This document shows positions 32,391 through 42,817 of a stretch of DNA of 47,870 nucleotides, one piece after another. A program made the position numbers and the translations under genes. The notes beneath the pieces are model-generated. The model worked only from the letters and a program-made list of their open reading frames with translations, had not been told where the DNA came from and did no database searches. The stretch's first letter is position 1; every line of letters begins with the position of its first letter. Where the stretch lies: IMG/VR virus record IMGVR_UViG_3300020045_008682, positions 1 through 47,870 of that record; one strand, given 5' to 3'. This stretch comes from a virus. Taxonomy: Duplodnaviria > Caudoviricetes.

Positions 32391-33377
32391 ATGAGCGCCT
32401 ACAAACAATTTCTAGCATCGGATATTATAATTGCTCCGTTCGAAGTAAATAAATTATTTTACTACGAGGGGGCTGCGGCTTTAACTAGCTCTTATGTTGG
32501 AATTGATAGGTATTTGGGAGTTAATATAACTACCTCAAACTTTGATTCAGCAACTGCTCCAACTACAGGTCAAGTTGATACTCAATATCAACAATTAGTT
32601 TATCGTTCTATTGAAGAACTTTATTACTCAAATTATTTAAATTCTTCCTCTAGTTATGGTTCACCTGTAACTACAGCAAGTGTTTTTCCTGGTGAGGATA
32701 CAGCAGGGGATGTTTTAGTAGGTGGAACTTCATCTGCTGGTAGATATTGGAATTACCCTCAAACATCTTTAACTTTTGCTAAAAGTTTTCCAACAGAATC
32801 AAACGCTGAAATAGCTGTTATTTCTATTCCCTCAAAATTATTTGGAAATTATATTCAACCCGGTTCTTTTATATTTACTACTCCAAGCGGAAGTATATAT
32901 GATGATGGGGAAGGAAATTTATATTTTAGTACTACAGATACTTACTGTGGTAATATATTTTATCCTCATGGATTAGCTGTTATTACAGTAGGTTCTCAAT
33001 CAGCAGGAGATGTTTATGGAACTGCTACTTATGGTACTTCTACTTATGGAGGTGCTAGCACTAATGTTATACAAGATATAGTAAACTTACCTAACGTAAC
33101 TTGTTCATTTTCCTCATCACTTACAATTTATGAAACACAATACAAATGTACTATCAGTGAAAATGAATTTAATGTAAGTTTAAACCCCTCTATTTTAACT
33201 TCAGGATCAACTGATGTTTTAGCCCCATATTGTACTTCATCCTATTTCAGCCCTTATATTACAACAATAGGACTTTATAATGAGGCCCAACAACTATTGG
33301 CTATAGGAAAGTTAGCTCAACCATTACCTACTTCACCTACAACAGATACTACAATACTTATAAACATAGATAGATAA
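32391..33377 (+). CDS. virion structural protein
   Basis: YDDGEGNL, GNIFY..G, YITTIGLYNE..QLLAIGKLAQP. Confidence 0.65.
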   Translation: MSAYKQFLASDIIIAPFEVNKLFYYEGAAALTSSYVGIDRYLGVNITTSNFDSATAPTTGQVDTQYQQLVYRSIEELYYSNYLNSSSSYGSPVTTASVFPGEDTAGDVLVGGTSSAGRYWNYPQTSLTFAKSFPTESNAEIAVISIPSKLFGNYIQPGSFIFTTPSGSIYDDGEGNLYFSTTDTYCGNIFYPHGLAVITVGSQSAGDVYGTATYGTSTYGGASTNVIQDIVNLPNVTCSFSSSLTIYETQYKCTISENEFNVSLNPSILTSGSTDVLAPYCTSSYFSPYITTIGLYNEAQQLLAIGKLAQPLPTSPTTDTTILINIDR

Positions 33378-33380
33378 ATT

Positions 33381-33830
33381 ATGTGGTTATACAAAGAAAA
33401 AGTTATAAATTCAATTGAGGATATGCCTCAAGGAACATTCGGTTTTATATACATGACAACTCACAAACCAAGTGGGATATCGTATATTGGAAAAAAATCG
33501 CTATATCACAACGTTAAACGTAAATTAACCAAAAAAGAACTGGCCGAACAAACAGGTAGAGGTCGTAAACCTACTACTCAAGTAGTTCAAAAAGAATCTG
33601 ATTGGAAAACGTATTACGGATCTACAAAACAAATTGTAGAACTCATTAAAGGAGGTAAACAAGAGGACTTTACCCGTGAGATCTTACAGTTTGTTTTTAA
33701 TAAAAAACTTCTTACTTACCATGAGTGTAAGTATTTATTCGCATATGGTGTATTAGAGCAACCTGAAAAATACTTTAATGACAATATTTTAGGAAAATTT
33801 TACACTAAAGACTTTGCTACACAAGAATAA
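33381..33830 (+). CDS. GIY-YIG (Seg-like) endonuclease
   Basis: GFIY...YIGKK, DWKTYYGS, F.REIL, YFNDNI. Confidence 0.8.
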   Translation: MWLYKEKVINSIEDMPQGTFGFIYMTTHKPSGISYIGKKSLYHNVKRKLTKKELAEQTGRGRKPTTQVVQKESDWKTYYGSTKQIVELIKGGKQEDFTREILQFVFNKKLLTYHECKYLFAYGVLEQPEKYFNDNILGKFYTKDFATQE

Positions 33831-33847
33831 GTTTGTATATTGAGGTT

Positions 33848-34777
33848 ATGCTCAATCAACCACTGATTGCCTTAGTAAATTCTGTGTTGGGAACTGGTAA
33901 ACCAACAGCAAGAGGTAACTATGCTTATAGTTGTCCTTTCTGTAATCACCATAAACCTAAATTAGAAATTAACTTTACCGAAAATAAAAAGGGAGAGAAT
34001 CCTTGGCATTGTTGGGCTTGTGATAAAAAAGGTAAAAAGGTAGCTCAAGTATTTAAACAAAAGACAGCATCACCTGAAAAGATGTTGGAATTAAGAGCTA
34101 TAGTTAAAACAGAAACCGCCGATAGAGAATATGCTGTTGCCGAAAAAGTAAACCTACCTAAAGAATTTAAAACATTTAAAAACATTACTCAATCTAACAT
34201 TTCCGGACGTCAAGCATTAGCTTATTTAAAATCCAGAAATATTTTAGAGGAAGATATACTTAAATACAATATTGGCTATTGTGAAACCGGTCCATACAAA
34301 AATATGGTTATTATTCCCTCATATGATGCTAATGGAAGTTTAAATTATTTTACAGGTCGTTCGTTTGAAAAAGACCCTAAAATTAAATATAAAAATCCAT
34401 CTGTATCTCGTGATATTATACCATTTGAGTTGTTTATAAATTGGGATTTACCGTTTATATTATGTGAAGGACCATTTGATGCAATAGCCATTAAACGTAA
34501 TGCAATACCGTTATTAGGCAAAAATATACAATCAAACTTGATGAAGAAGATTGTAATGTCTAGTGTCGAAAAAATATATATAGCTTTAGATAAGGACGCT
34601 CAAAAACAAGCATTAAGTTTTTGTGAGCGTTTGATGAACGAAGGCAAAGAAGTTTATCTTGTAGACATGCACGATAAGGACCCAAGTGAAATGGGTTTTA
34701 AGAATTTCATAGAAACAATTTCAGATACATTACCCTTAACACTCTCAGGTTTACTTGAGAAAAAACTCTTTTTATGA
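33848..34777 (+). CDS. DNA primase (zinc finger plus TOPRIM)
   Basis: CPFC...HCWAC, YLKSR, EGPFD, ALDKDA, KDPSE. Confidence 0.9.
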   Translation: MLNQPLIALVNSVLGTGKPTARGNYAYSCPFCNHHKPKLEINFTENKKGENPWHCWACDKKGKKVAQVFKQKTASPEKMLELRAIVKTETADREYAVAEKVNLPKEFKTFKNITQSNISGRQALAYLKSRNILEEDILKYNIGYCETGPYKNMVIIPSYDANGSLNYFTGRSFEKDPKIKYKNPSVSRDIIPFELFINWDLPFILCEGPFDAIAIKRNAIPLLGKNIQSNLMKKIVMSSVEKIYIALDKDAQKQALSFCERLMNEGKEVYLVDMHDKDPSEMGFKNFIETISDTLPLTLSGLLEKKLFL

Positions 34778-35547
34778 GCAAAATAAAAAAATCTTACAAT
34801 AGAATCTTAGAAGTATCAGATGATGCTAAACAAATAACATTACCAGACTCTCGTTATTATAGACGAAACGGAGAATACTACCCATCAATTACTTATGTTT
34901 TAGGTTATTATCCTAAAGGTAAGTTTTTTGAGGACTGGCTTAAAAAAGTAGGTTACTCTGCTGAACATATTGTTAAAAAAGCAGGTGAGGAAGGAACTAA
35001 AGTTCATGAAATGATTGAAGAATACCTTGAAGGTAAAGAAATGAATTTTATGAACCAATATGGTAATCCTCAATATAGTCCTGATGTATGGCAAATGTTT
35101 TTACGTTTTGTAGACTTTTGGGAAACTTATAATCCTAAACTAATTGAAGCCGAAGTTCATTTATTTTCAGATGAATTAAAGGTAGCAGGAACTTGTGATT
35201 TGATTGTTGAAATTGAAGATAAACTTTGGTTAATTGACTTTAAAACATCTAACCATATTCAACCTACTTATGAATTACAGACTGCTATTTACGGTAAATG
35301 TTATGAGGAATGTTATGGTAAAAAAGTAGATAACTATGGTATCCTTTGGTTGAAATCATCTAAACGTAAACCTAATAAAGACAAGATGCAAGGTAAAGGA
35401 TGGGAAATGGTTTTATCTACTAGAACACAAGAGGAAAACATTGATATTTTTAAGACTGTAAAACGTTTATTTGATTTAGAAAATCCTACTCACGCTCCTA
35501 TATTTACTGAGTTTAAGACCACAGTAAAAAGGAATTTGGAAATTTAA
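34774..35547 (+). CDS. PD-(D/E)XK (Cas4-like) exonuclease
   Basis: YPSITYVL, GTKVH, AGTCD...IDFKTS, Q...Y. Confidence 0.88.
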   Translation: MSKIKKSYNRILEVSDDAKQITLPDSRYYRRNGEYYPSITYVLGYYPKGKFFEDWLKKVGYSAEHIVKKAGEEGTKVHEMIEEYLEGKEMNFMNQYGNPQYSPDVWQMFLRFVDFWETYNPKLIEAEVHLFSDELKVAGTCDLIVEIEDKLWLIDFKTSNHIQPTYELQTAIYGKCYEECYGKKVDNYGILWLKSSKRKPNKDKMQGKGWEMVLSTRTQEENIDIFKTVKRLFDLENPTHAPIFTEFKTTVKRNLEI

Positions 35548-35581
35548 AATTTTTTTATATATTTATGACATATTAATAAAC

Positions 35582-36199
35582 ATGAAAAAAGCAGATAATT
35601 TTGATCCTAGTAAGTGGTTAGTAGAAAATAAAATTACTTTTCAATCACGCTTAAATGAACTTTTAGATACTGATAAAGTTAAACAATTAGGTAAAAAAGC
35701 AGTTGAAGATTATATTTTAAAAAATAACTTAGATTCTATAGATGATATAAAATACACAGGAGGTGGTACATTTAGTGATAAAGCAAATGCTGTTTTTTAT
35801 TCAACCTCATCAACAGGAGAAATAACAAAGTACATAGTTCAATATGATGCTAATTATAATTTAGTTGATATAAAAACTGATGTTATTAAACCTACTAATG
35901 ATGTTTTTAAACCAACTAAAATTAAAGGAATAAAAGTAAATGTTGATGATAATGATGTTACTTTTTCAAGTAAAAGTGGTGACTATGATGCTATTATTGA
36001 AGATGATGGAACTATAAGATTAGATGCATTCTTCCCAGATATGGAAGAAGATGAAGAAGAAATTAATAATGATAATTGGAAAAATATTTTAGGTCCTAAC
36101 CATATGTTTGTTAAAATAGCAAATTCAATCCCAACAGAAGTAGATACTGAAGGTGATGCTGTAGCAATAACATTTAAAGCTAGTGATTTAATTAAATAA
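35582..36199 (+). CDS. hypothetical protein, probable head-packaged
   Basis: FDPSKWLVENK...RLNE N-terminus; own promoter at ~35536-35563. Confidence 0.6.
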   Translation: MKKADNFDPSKWLVENKITFQSRLNELLDTDKVKQLGKKAVEDYILKNNLDSIDDIKYTGGGTFSDKANAVFYSTSSTGEITKYIVQYDANYNLVDIKTDVIKPTNDVFKPTKIKGIKVNVDDNDVTFSSKSGDYDAIIEDDGTIRLDAFFPDMEEDEEEINNDNWKNILGPNHMFVKIANSIPTEVDTEGDAVAITFKASDLIK

Positions 36200-36225
36200 T
36201 AATTAAAAATAAAAAATATCAAAAG

Positions 36226-36253
36226 AAAGGGCTTGGTTATCCAAGCCTTTTTT
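36226..36253 (+). terminator. intrinsic terminator overlapping promoter (TTGG 36233, TATATT 36256)
   Basis: AAAGGGCTTGG-TTAT-CCAAGCCTTTTTT. Confidence 0.7.
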
Positions 36254-36278
36254 ATTATATTTATGACAAATAATATCC

Positions 36279-37040
36279 ATGATTGGACTGATATCTTTAT
36301 TAAAAGAAATACAAGGCAAGCCAAAAGCAATCTTTATGGCCGGTCCAGCAGGGTCAGGTAAATCTTATATATCTTCTAAATTAATACCTTCTGATTTCAC
36401 TACTATCAATGTAGATGATACTTTTGAAGAATTACTTAAATCTTCAGGTATCGGAATGAAGTTAGCTAACATGTCACCTGATGAACTTAAAAAAGCAGGT
36501 GAGTTAATGGGTCAAGCTAGAAAAGTAACAGATACTAAACTTAAAGATGCTCTTAAAGATGCTAAAAATTTATTGATTGATAGTGTAGGAGGTTCATCTA
36601 AAACATTACTTAAGAAAAAACAAGAATTAGAATCATTAGGTTACGATACAGCAATGATAATGACGTATGTATCGCCTATTACCTCATTAGAACGTAATAA
36701 ACAGCGAGACAGATCATTGTTGCCGAGTATTGTGATTCGTTCATGGCGTGATGTAAATACCAATATAGACACGTATAGACAGGCCTTTGGTGATAATTTT
36801 ACTTTAGTAAATTTAGATCCTGAGGATGCTAATAAAGATTTTGACGAGGAATTTATTTATAAAACTTATATTGAACCTTTGGGACAAGTAGGTAAAGAAA
36901 AATCACCTGAGGAATTAGCAAAATCTAAAGCCGAGGCAGATAAAATATATTCAGATATCAAACAAACTCTTAAATCACAACTAGAGTTTGATACAATAGA
37001 ACAATCCAAAACCAAAATTACTAACTTTATAAACAAATGA
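36279..37040 (+). CDS. P-loop kinase (zeta-toxin/AAA_33-like)
   Basis: AIFMAGPAGSGKS, INVDD, LLID, ERN..RDR. Confidence 0.75.
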   Translation: MIGLISLLKEIQGKPKAIFMAGPAGSGKSYISSKLIPSDFTTINVDDTFEELLKSSGIGMKLANMSPDELKKAGELMGQARKVTDTKLKDALKDAKNLLIDSVGGSSKTLLKKKQELESLGYDTAMIMTYVSPITSLERNKQRDRSLLPSIVIRSWRDVNTNIDTYRQAFGDNFTLVNLDPEDANKDFDEEFIYKTYIEPLGQVGKEKSPEELAKSKAEADKIYSDIKQTLKSQLEFDTIEQSKTKITNFINK

Positions 37041-37384
37041 AAAAATTACTAGACTTATTACTAGAAAGTGAATTAGCCGAAATGGACAATAAAGAAGCCG
37101 TAGACGAAATAGGTAAATTCTTTGTAGTTAAAAAACCTAAAAAAGGTATGACTAAAGAAGATATTATGTACGAAGCTACAGTGTTTGATGAAATCAAAAT
37201 GGACGAAGTTCAAGGTGTTTACAAACAAAAATCTGATGCTTCTAGAATTGCTACAGAGGCAATTAAGCAATATGAGGGTATGATGAAGGAAGTAGAAGAG
37301 GCTATGAATGACTTTAGAGAAAGTAAAAAGTCAATTGAGGAAAAGAAAAAAATTGCTAAAGAAAAAATCGAAAGATTAAAATAA
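37037..37384 (+). CDS. hypothetical protein
   Basis: 115 aa charged coiled-coil ORF. Confidence 0.6.
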   Translation: MKKLLDLLLESELAEMDNKEAVDEIGKFFVVKKPKKGMTKEDIMYEATVFDEIKMDEVQGVYKQKSDASRIATEAIKQYEGMMKEVEEAMNDFRESKKSIEEKKKIAKEKIERLK

Positions 37385-40194
37385 TGGATTTACTAACTAA
37401 AACTCTATTAGAGGACCTGTTAGATACTAAAAAAACAGTGGCCATTTATGGGGGTGGTTTCAAACCACCTACCAAAGGTCATTTTGCTGTTGCTAAATTA
37501 ACTTTAGAACAATTTCCTGAAATTGATGAATTAAAAATATTTGTTGGTGGAGGTGTTAGAGATGGTATTACCCAAGATGAATCAATTAAAATTTGGGACA
37601 TTTATAAAAAATACTTATCACCTAAAGTTGATGTAGAGGCATCAGTTGCTCCTGTTAAATCAGTTTTAGGATATGCTAAAGAAAATCCTGATACTAAAGT
37701 TTATTGGGTATTAGGTGCTAGAGATGGAGACGAAGGTGATTTAGCTGATATTGAAAACCGAACTAAATCAATTAGTAAATATCCTAATCTTGAGGTAAAA
37801 GTTATTACCACCTCTGGAGGTGTTAGTGGAACTAAAACACGTCAAGTAGTTAGGGATAACAATAAAGAACAATTTTTCCATATGATTCCAGATGTCAGTG
37901 ATGCTGAAAAGGAAGAAATATGGGATTTGGTTTCCCCTCTTGTTAAAGAAGGTTTTGTATATAATATGAAAACCAAAATTAAGGATTTTATATCAGCTAT
38001 TAAACAAGAAGGACAAGAAACAAAAGATGCTTTTAAATTAATTTTACAAGCCGCTAAAGGAGAAATTGAATTAAGTAATGAACAAAAAGAACAAATTGGC
38101 AATCAATTAAAAGATGTTCTAAAAACAGTTGGATTAACAGCTATTGCCACTTTACCAGGTGGATTTATTGTTGGTGCTTTACTTAAAATATTTAAACAAA
38201 CCCATTTAGTTACTCCTTCATCTTTTGTAAACGAGGTAGGCGAGGCAAATCTTAAACCATATAAATGGGAAGAAGTTGATAGAGAAGGTTATTTTGTTTA
38301 TACTCGTTTTATAACAGATAATGAAACTCAATATGATGTAAACTTAGAAACTACTTATATCAAAGACCCCGCAGATTTTCTTAATGATGAATCAAATCCT
38401 ATTAAAGCATTAGAAATTAGTTTTGGAGCTAAACCTAAAGGTGCTGAAGGTTCCTCAGATAAAATAGTAGTTAATAAAGGTGAAATGTATAAAGTGATGT
38501 CTACTATAACAGATATAGTTAAACATTATATAAAGAAGTTTAAATCTCAAGCCGTAACGTATTCTCCGGCTAAAAAAGGAAATGAAGATTTTGGTACTCA
38601 AAGGGATAGTTTATACAAAGCATTTATTTCTAAAGCACTTCCTGGTGTAAAATTTAAACAAAATGGAGAATATATAATAGCTATTTTACCTAATACAATT
38701 AAAGAAATAGTAACCGACACAGAAATTATTTGTGATAATTGTGGTTGGGAATGGCCTATAGCAGATGGTGGGGATGATTTATATATTTGCCATAAGTGTG
38801 GACATGATAATAATCCTGATTTAGAAGAAGGTAGAAAAAAGAAACCTGATCCTAAAAAAGGAACAGGTAAAAAACCTGAAGGATCTGGTCGTAGATTATA
38901 CACAGATGAAGATCCTAAAGACACAGTTAGAATTAAATTTAAAACTAAAGAAGATATAGTTGATACTTTAAATAAAAAACAATTTAAAGCTAAATCACAT
39001 GCTCGTCAATCTCAAGTAATTAATTTAATTCATCAACGAGTAAGAGCAGCTTACGGTAAAGCAAAAGATCCTGAAGTAAAATCAAGATTAAAACGTGCTT
39101 TAGATTATATCGAATCTCGTAAAGAATCATCAAAAGAAAAAACAGAACGTTTACGTAAAATGAAAGAAGCATCTGACCCACAAGCAGGTACAGCCTTGCC
39201 TTATGGTTCAGGTTTTGCTCCTGTTAAAGAAAACGATTTTTTTGGTTTAAACGAATACGCAAAAACACTTGTTAAAGAAGCTTTAATAGAAACTTGGAGT
39301 CCTGAGGAATCCTTCGTATCTTTATCTCAATATATGATTGACAATGGAATGAAAATTCAACCATTGCCTAAAATTAAGGTTATAAAGGATGATGAAGAAA
39401 ACGCATCCAATCTTTTGGGTAAAACAGCTTATTATAATCCTGCTGAAAAGTCTATCACACTATATACTATGGATAGGCACCCAAAAGATATATTGCGTTC
39501 ATTTGCACACGAAATGGTTCATCATGAACAAAATTTAGATGGTAGATTAAATAATATTAATACTACTAACACAAATGAGGATGGTGATTTGCCTGAAATT
39601 GAAAGAGAAGCATACGAAAAAGGAAATATGATGTTACGTAATTGGGAGGATAAAATAAAAAATCCATTAAATGAATATTTTTTAGATATTCCTAAATTTA
39701 ATTACCCAAAAACATTTGTAGATAAGTTACGTGAATCTCTCCATGAAATTACTTTATCAAAAAACAATGCAGCTGAAATAGAAGGTGATTTATATAAGGG
39801 TATGTTCCGAGCAGGAAATAAAGTATACACTTATGATATCTACAGAATAAAAAGTCCATATACTGATAATAAAGAATTTTATAATGTAGAATTTCATCCT
39901 AAAAATAATCCTATTTCTACCCCTACAGGTGATACAACTAAAGAAGATTATATAAAAATTTTAAATACAATGTATAAAATTATATTAGATCTTGCTGAAA
40001 CTGACGAACCTGATTATATTGGTATAGCTTCAATGGATAATATAGGAGATAAAAACTATCATACAATATATGCTAATTTAACAGACAACAAATATAATAG
40101 AATACCTGGGTATTTTAGAAAAGATGTTAATCTTGAATTTAATACCCCTCAAGGTAAAGGTCGATTTGTAGTATTAAAAAGAAAAGATGTATAA
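37384..40194 (+). CDS. multidomain protein: cytidylyltransferase-like (HIGH) domain, zinc ribbon, HExxH metallopeptidase-like domain
   Basis: YGGGFKPPTKGH and VSGTKTR; CDNCGWEW...CHKCGH; TAYY...DILRSFAHEMVHHEQ...EREAY. Confidence 0.75.
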   Translation: MDLLTKTLLEDLLDTKKTVAIYGGGFKPPTKGHFAVAKLTLEQFPEIDELKIFVGGGVRDGITQDESIKIWDIYKKYLSPKVDVEASVAPVKSVLGYAKENPDTKVYWVLGARDGDEGDLADIENRTKSISKYPNLEVKVITTSGGVSGTKTRQVVRDNNKEQFFHMIPDVSDAEKEEIWDLVSPLVKEGFVYNMKTKIKDFISAIKQEGQETKDAFKLILQAAKGEIELSNEQKEQIGNQLKDVLKTVGLTAIATLPGGFIVGALLKIFKQTHLVTPSSFVNEVGEANLKPYKWEEVDREGYFVYTRFITDNETQYDVNLETTYIKDPADFLNDESNPIKALEISFGAKPKGAEGSSDKIVVNKGEMYKVMSTITDIVKHYIKKFKSQAVTYSPAKKGNEDFGTQRDSLYKAFISKALPGVKFKQNGEYIIAILPNTIKEIVTDTEIICDNCGWEWPIADGGDDLYICHKCGHDNNPDLEEGRKKKPDPKKGTGKKPEGSGRRLYTDEDPKDTVRIKFKTKEDIVDTLNKKQFKAKSHARQSQVINLIHQRVRAAYGKAKDPEVKSRLKRALDYIESRKESSKEKTERLRKMKEASDPQAGTALPYGSGFAPVKENDFFGLNEYAKTLVKEALIETWSPEESFVSLSQYMIDNGMKIQPLPKIKVIKDDEENASNLLGKTAYYNPAEKSITLYTMDRHPKDILRSFAHEMVHHEQNLDGRLNNINTTNTNEDGDLPEIEREAYEKGNMMLRNWEDKIKNPLNEYFLDIPKFNYPKTFVDKLRESLHEITLSKNNAAEIEGDLYKGMFRAGNKVYTYDIYRIKSPYTDNKEFYNVEFHPKNNPISTPTGDTTKEDYIKILNTMYKIILDLAETDEPDYIGIASMDNIGDKNYHTIYANLTDNKYNRIPGYFRKDVNLEFNTPQGKGRFVVLKRKDV

Positions 40195-40732
40195 GCTAAC
40201 AGATTTATATAAGCAATTGAGAGAAGAGGAAACCGTTCCTGTAGAACCAGCTCAACAATATACTTTGTATTGTGATATGGATGGTGTTTTAACTAATTTT
40301 GACGGAAGATTTAAAGCACTTAATCCAGAACACTTGACAGCAGCCCAATATCAAACCAAATATGGTGTAGAAAAGTTTTGGGATTTCATTGATGTTGATA
40401 ACAAAGTTAAGTTTTGGGTAGGAATGGAGTGGATGCCTGATGGAAAAGAATTATGGGATTATATTAAAGATAAAAAACCAACTTTATTATCAGCTCCATC
40501 TAGAAATCCAGCATCTCGTTTAGGAAAAAGATTATGGGTTAAAAATAACCTTCCAGGAACTCCGTTGGTTTTAGCATCAGCTGAGAAAAAACAAAATTAT
40601 TCTGGTAAAAATAAAATACTTATTGATGACCGTCCTGACAATATTGAACAATGGAGATCAAAAGGCGGTATTGGAATTTTACACGTAAATACACAAGATA
40701 CAATTAAACAATTACAAAATATAGGACTATAA
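40187..40732 (+). CDS. HAD-family 5'(3')-deoxyribonucleotidase-like protein
   Basis: YCDMDGVL, LSAP, K..W, ILIDD, W...GGIGI. Confidence 0.85.
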   Translation: MYKLTDLYKQLREEETVPVEPAQQYTLYCDMDGVLTNFDGRFKALNPEHLTAAQYQTKYGVEKFWDFIDVDNKVKFWVGMEWMPDGKELWDYIKDKKPTLLSAPSRNPASRLGKRLWVKNNLPGTPLVLASAEKKQNYSGKNKILIDDRPDNIEQWRSKGGIGILHVNTQDTIKQLQNIGL

Positions 40733-40734
40733 AA

Positions 40735-41637
40735 ATGGCAGCACCAATAACATACAAACGACTTGTTTTATCAGGAGATAAAGCTAAAGAAACAGCCGAT
40801 GAGGTTAAAGCAAAAATGTCTAAAGAATGGAAAAAAGATTTTCCTGATGGTAAATTAGATATTAAATCAGGAGTTGAAGGTAAAATGGTAATTGATATTA
40901 AAACCAAAGAATCATCAGCCGCTTCATTAGCATCTAAAATTAAAGATATTGCTACTCGTAATAAAGTAACTACTGTTACTAAAGACAAACCTACCTTAAA
41001 GGCTGTTAAAGAAAACGATACTAAAAAACCTGCAATGTCTGATGAGGAATTGATGAAAAAAATTAAATCATCTTTATCATTCCAAGTATCAGGAGGTAAA
41101 AAAGGCAAACCTGGATTACAGGAAGGACCTATGGACAAACGTTTGGCTGTTGTATTCTTTAAATACAAAGGTAAATCATTTCCAATGGACTACAAACCAG
41201 GTTCTATGTTTGCTAGATTTGTAAACGATTTAGAAAAAACAGGTGTTTTTAGTAGTGAGGATGAAGTTTCTGATTTTATGTCAAGTGATGATTTCTTTAA
41301 GTACGCTGACAAATTTAATGTTGAAATTGAAGAACCTATGGATAACGATATGTTGTCTTTAGCTCCTAAACAACAAATAGAACCTCAAGATATGATTCCT
41401 GGTAGAGCTCAAGGTGATTTTAATCCTGATGTTCCTCATAGAGCAACAGACATTTATGAGTTACTTAAAAAAGGTAAAATTAAAAAATCAGAACTAAAAG
41501 AAATTATTAAGAAATTCAATAATGAAACTTCAAACTGGGATGATTTATACGATGAATGGTATGCTTTAGGTGATCAAAAATCATCATTTATTTTCTGGTT
41601 AAAAACACATTTCAATCCCCCAACATCTAAAAAATAA
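40735..41637 (+). CDS. hypothetical protein, probable head-packaged
   Basis: 300 aa; VKE, LQE and IKKSELKEII motifs. Confidence 0.6.
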   Translation: MAAPITYKRLVLSGDKAKETADEVKAKMSKEWKKDFPDGKLDIKSGVEGKMVIDIKTKESSAASLASKIKDIATRNKVTTVTKDKPTLKAVKENDTKKPAMSDEELMKKIKSSLSFQVSGGKKGKPGLQEGPMDKRLAVVFFKYKGKSFPMDYKPGSMFARFVNDLEKTGVFSSEDEVSDFMSSDDFFKYADKFNVEIEEPMDNDMLSLAPKQQIEPQDMIPGRAQGDFNPDVPHRATDIYELLKKGKIKKSELKEIIKKFNNETSNWDDLYDEWYALGDQKSSFIFWLKTHFNPPTSKK

Positions 41638-42209
41638 TGAATAAAAATTCGGTTTTAAAGAAAGAGTTTAAACATAGGGATGTAGAACGTCTCCGTAACT
41701 TGGTTCAAGGTAAGTATGGAGAAAAAACTACTATGGGAACTGGTTATGAAAAAGCAAAAGAATTTCATAATGAAGGTGATGTTTGGGAAGAGGATGGCCG
41801 TCAATGGACTATTAAAAACGGTTTAAAACAAAATATTACAAAACTTGATAAGGCAAAAGAAGGTATCGTATTACCTATTTTTTGCCCTACTTGTTCTCGT
41901 ACCATGAAACCACATTTAGATAAAAAATGGTTTGTAATGTATGGACATTGTTTTGATTGCCAGATTGATTTCGAACATAAACTTAAAAAAGAAGGTAAAT
42001 TAGAGGCCTTTGAAAAAGATATTATCAACCAACACATAGAAGGAGTAACTAAAGATTTTGAGGTTTGGTTTGATGAATTAATTAATACTAATAACTCATT
42101 TGTAACAGAACAAGGTGATGTTGAAAAATGGGACGGTGACGGTAAAAATCAGTTGTTAAAATATAAAGAGGAAGCACTAGAATATCTTAAAAAACAGAAA
42201 AAAGAATGA
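41637..42209 (+). CDS. zinc-finger hypothetical protein
   Basis: CPTC...HCFDC; GDVWEEDGRQW. Confidence 0.65.
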   Translation: MNKNSVLKKEFKHRDVERLRNLVQGKYGEKTTMGTGYEKAKEFHNEGDVWEEDGRQWTIKNGLKQNITKLDKAKEGIVLPIFCPTCSRTMKPHLDKKWFVMYGHCFDCQIDFEHKLKKEGKLEAFEKDIINQHIEGVTKDFEVWFDELINTNNSFVTEQGDVEKWDGDGKNQLLKYKEEALEYLKKQKKE

Positions 42210-42817
42210 TAACAATGTTAACTACCATCATCGTAGCTCTTATAACAGCAGTAATTGGTCCTATTATAGTAGAATGGACTAAAGCTAAACTAGATAAAAA
42301 ACCAAAAGTATCCTTAGTAAAGGAAGCTATTGATTTAAATGAATTAGTTGACCATCAATTAGATATTATGATGGATGAGTTAGGTTGTGATAGAATTTGG
42401 ATCGGACAATTTCATAACGGAGGTCATTTTTACCCAACAGGTAAATCAATCCAAAAATTTTCTATTTTCTATGAAAAATTATCTCCAAACACATCAGCTA
42501 TACAACATATTTTCCAACAAATTCCAGTTTCATTATTTCCAAAATCATTATCTAAATTATATAAAGATGGTGAATTAGGTATAGCTAGTTATGAAAAAGA
42601 TGAAACTTATGATTTACATTTATTTTCCAAAGAATATAATACTAAATCTTTTTATATGTTAGCTATAGATGATCTGGATGATCATTTTATTGGTGTTATG
42701 GGAATTGCATTTAATGAACAAGAACATAAATTATCTAAAGAAGAATGGATATTTATAAGACAGAAAGTAGGGGCGATTGGTTCACTTTTAACAGACTATT
42801 TACATAAGAAAAAATAA
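42206..42817 (+). CDS. TM plus GAF-like domain protein (T4 holin T-like architecture)
   Basis: N-terminal TM; LGCDRIWIGQFHNG...FIGVMGIAF. Confidence 0.55.
   Translation: MITMLTTIIVALITAVIGPIIVEWTKAKLDKKPKVSLVKEAIDLNELVDHQLDIMMDELGCDRIWIGQFHNGGHFYPTGKSIQKFSIFYEKLSPNTSAIQHIFQQIPVSLFPKSLSKLYKDGELGIASYEKDETYDLHLFSKEYNTKSFYMLAIDDLDDHFIGVMGIAFNEQEHKLSKEEWIFIRQKVGAIGSLLTDYLHKKK

Noticed and set aside
34774-35547. CRISPR-associated cas4
   Set aside because: Stand-alone phage exonuclease next to primase; no cas genes or array.
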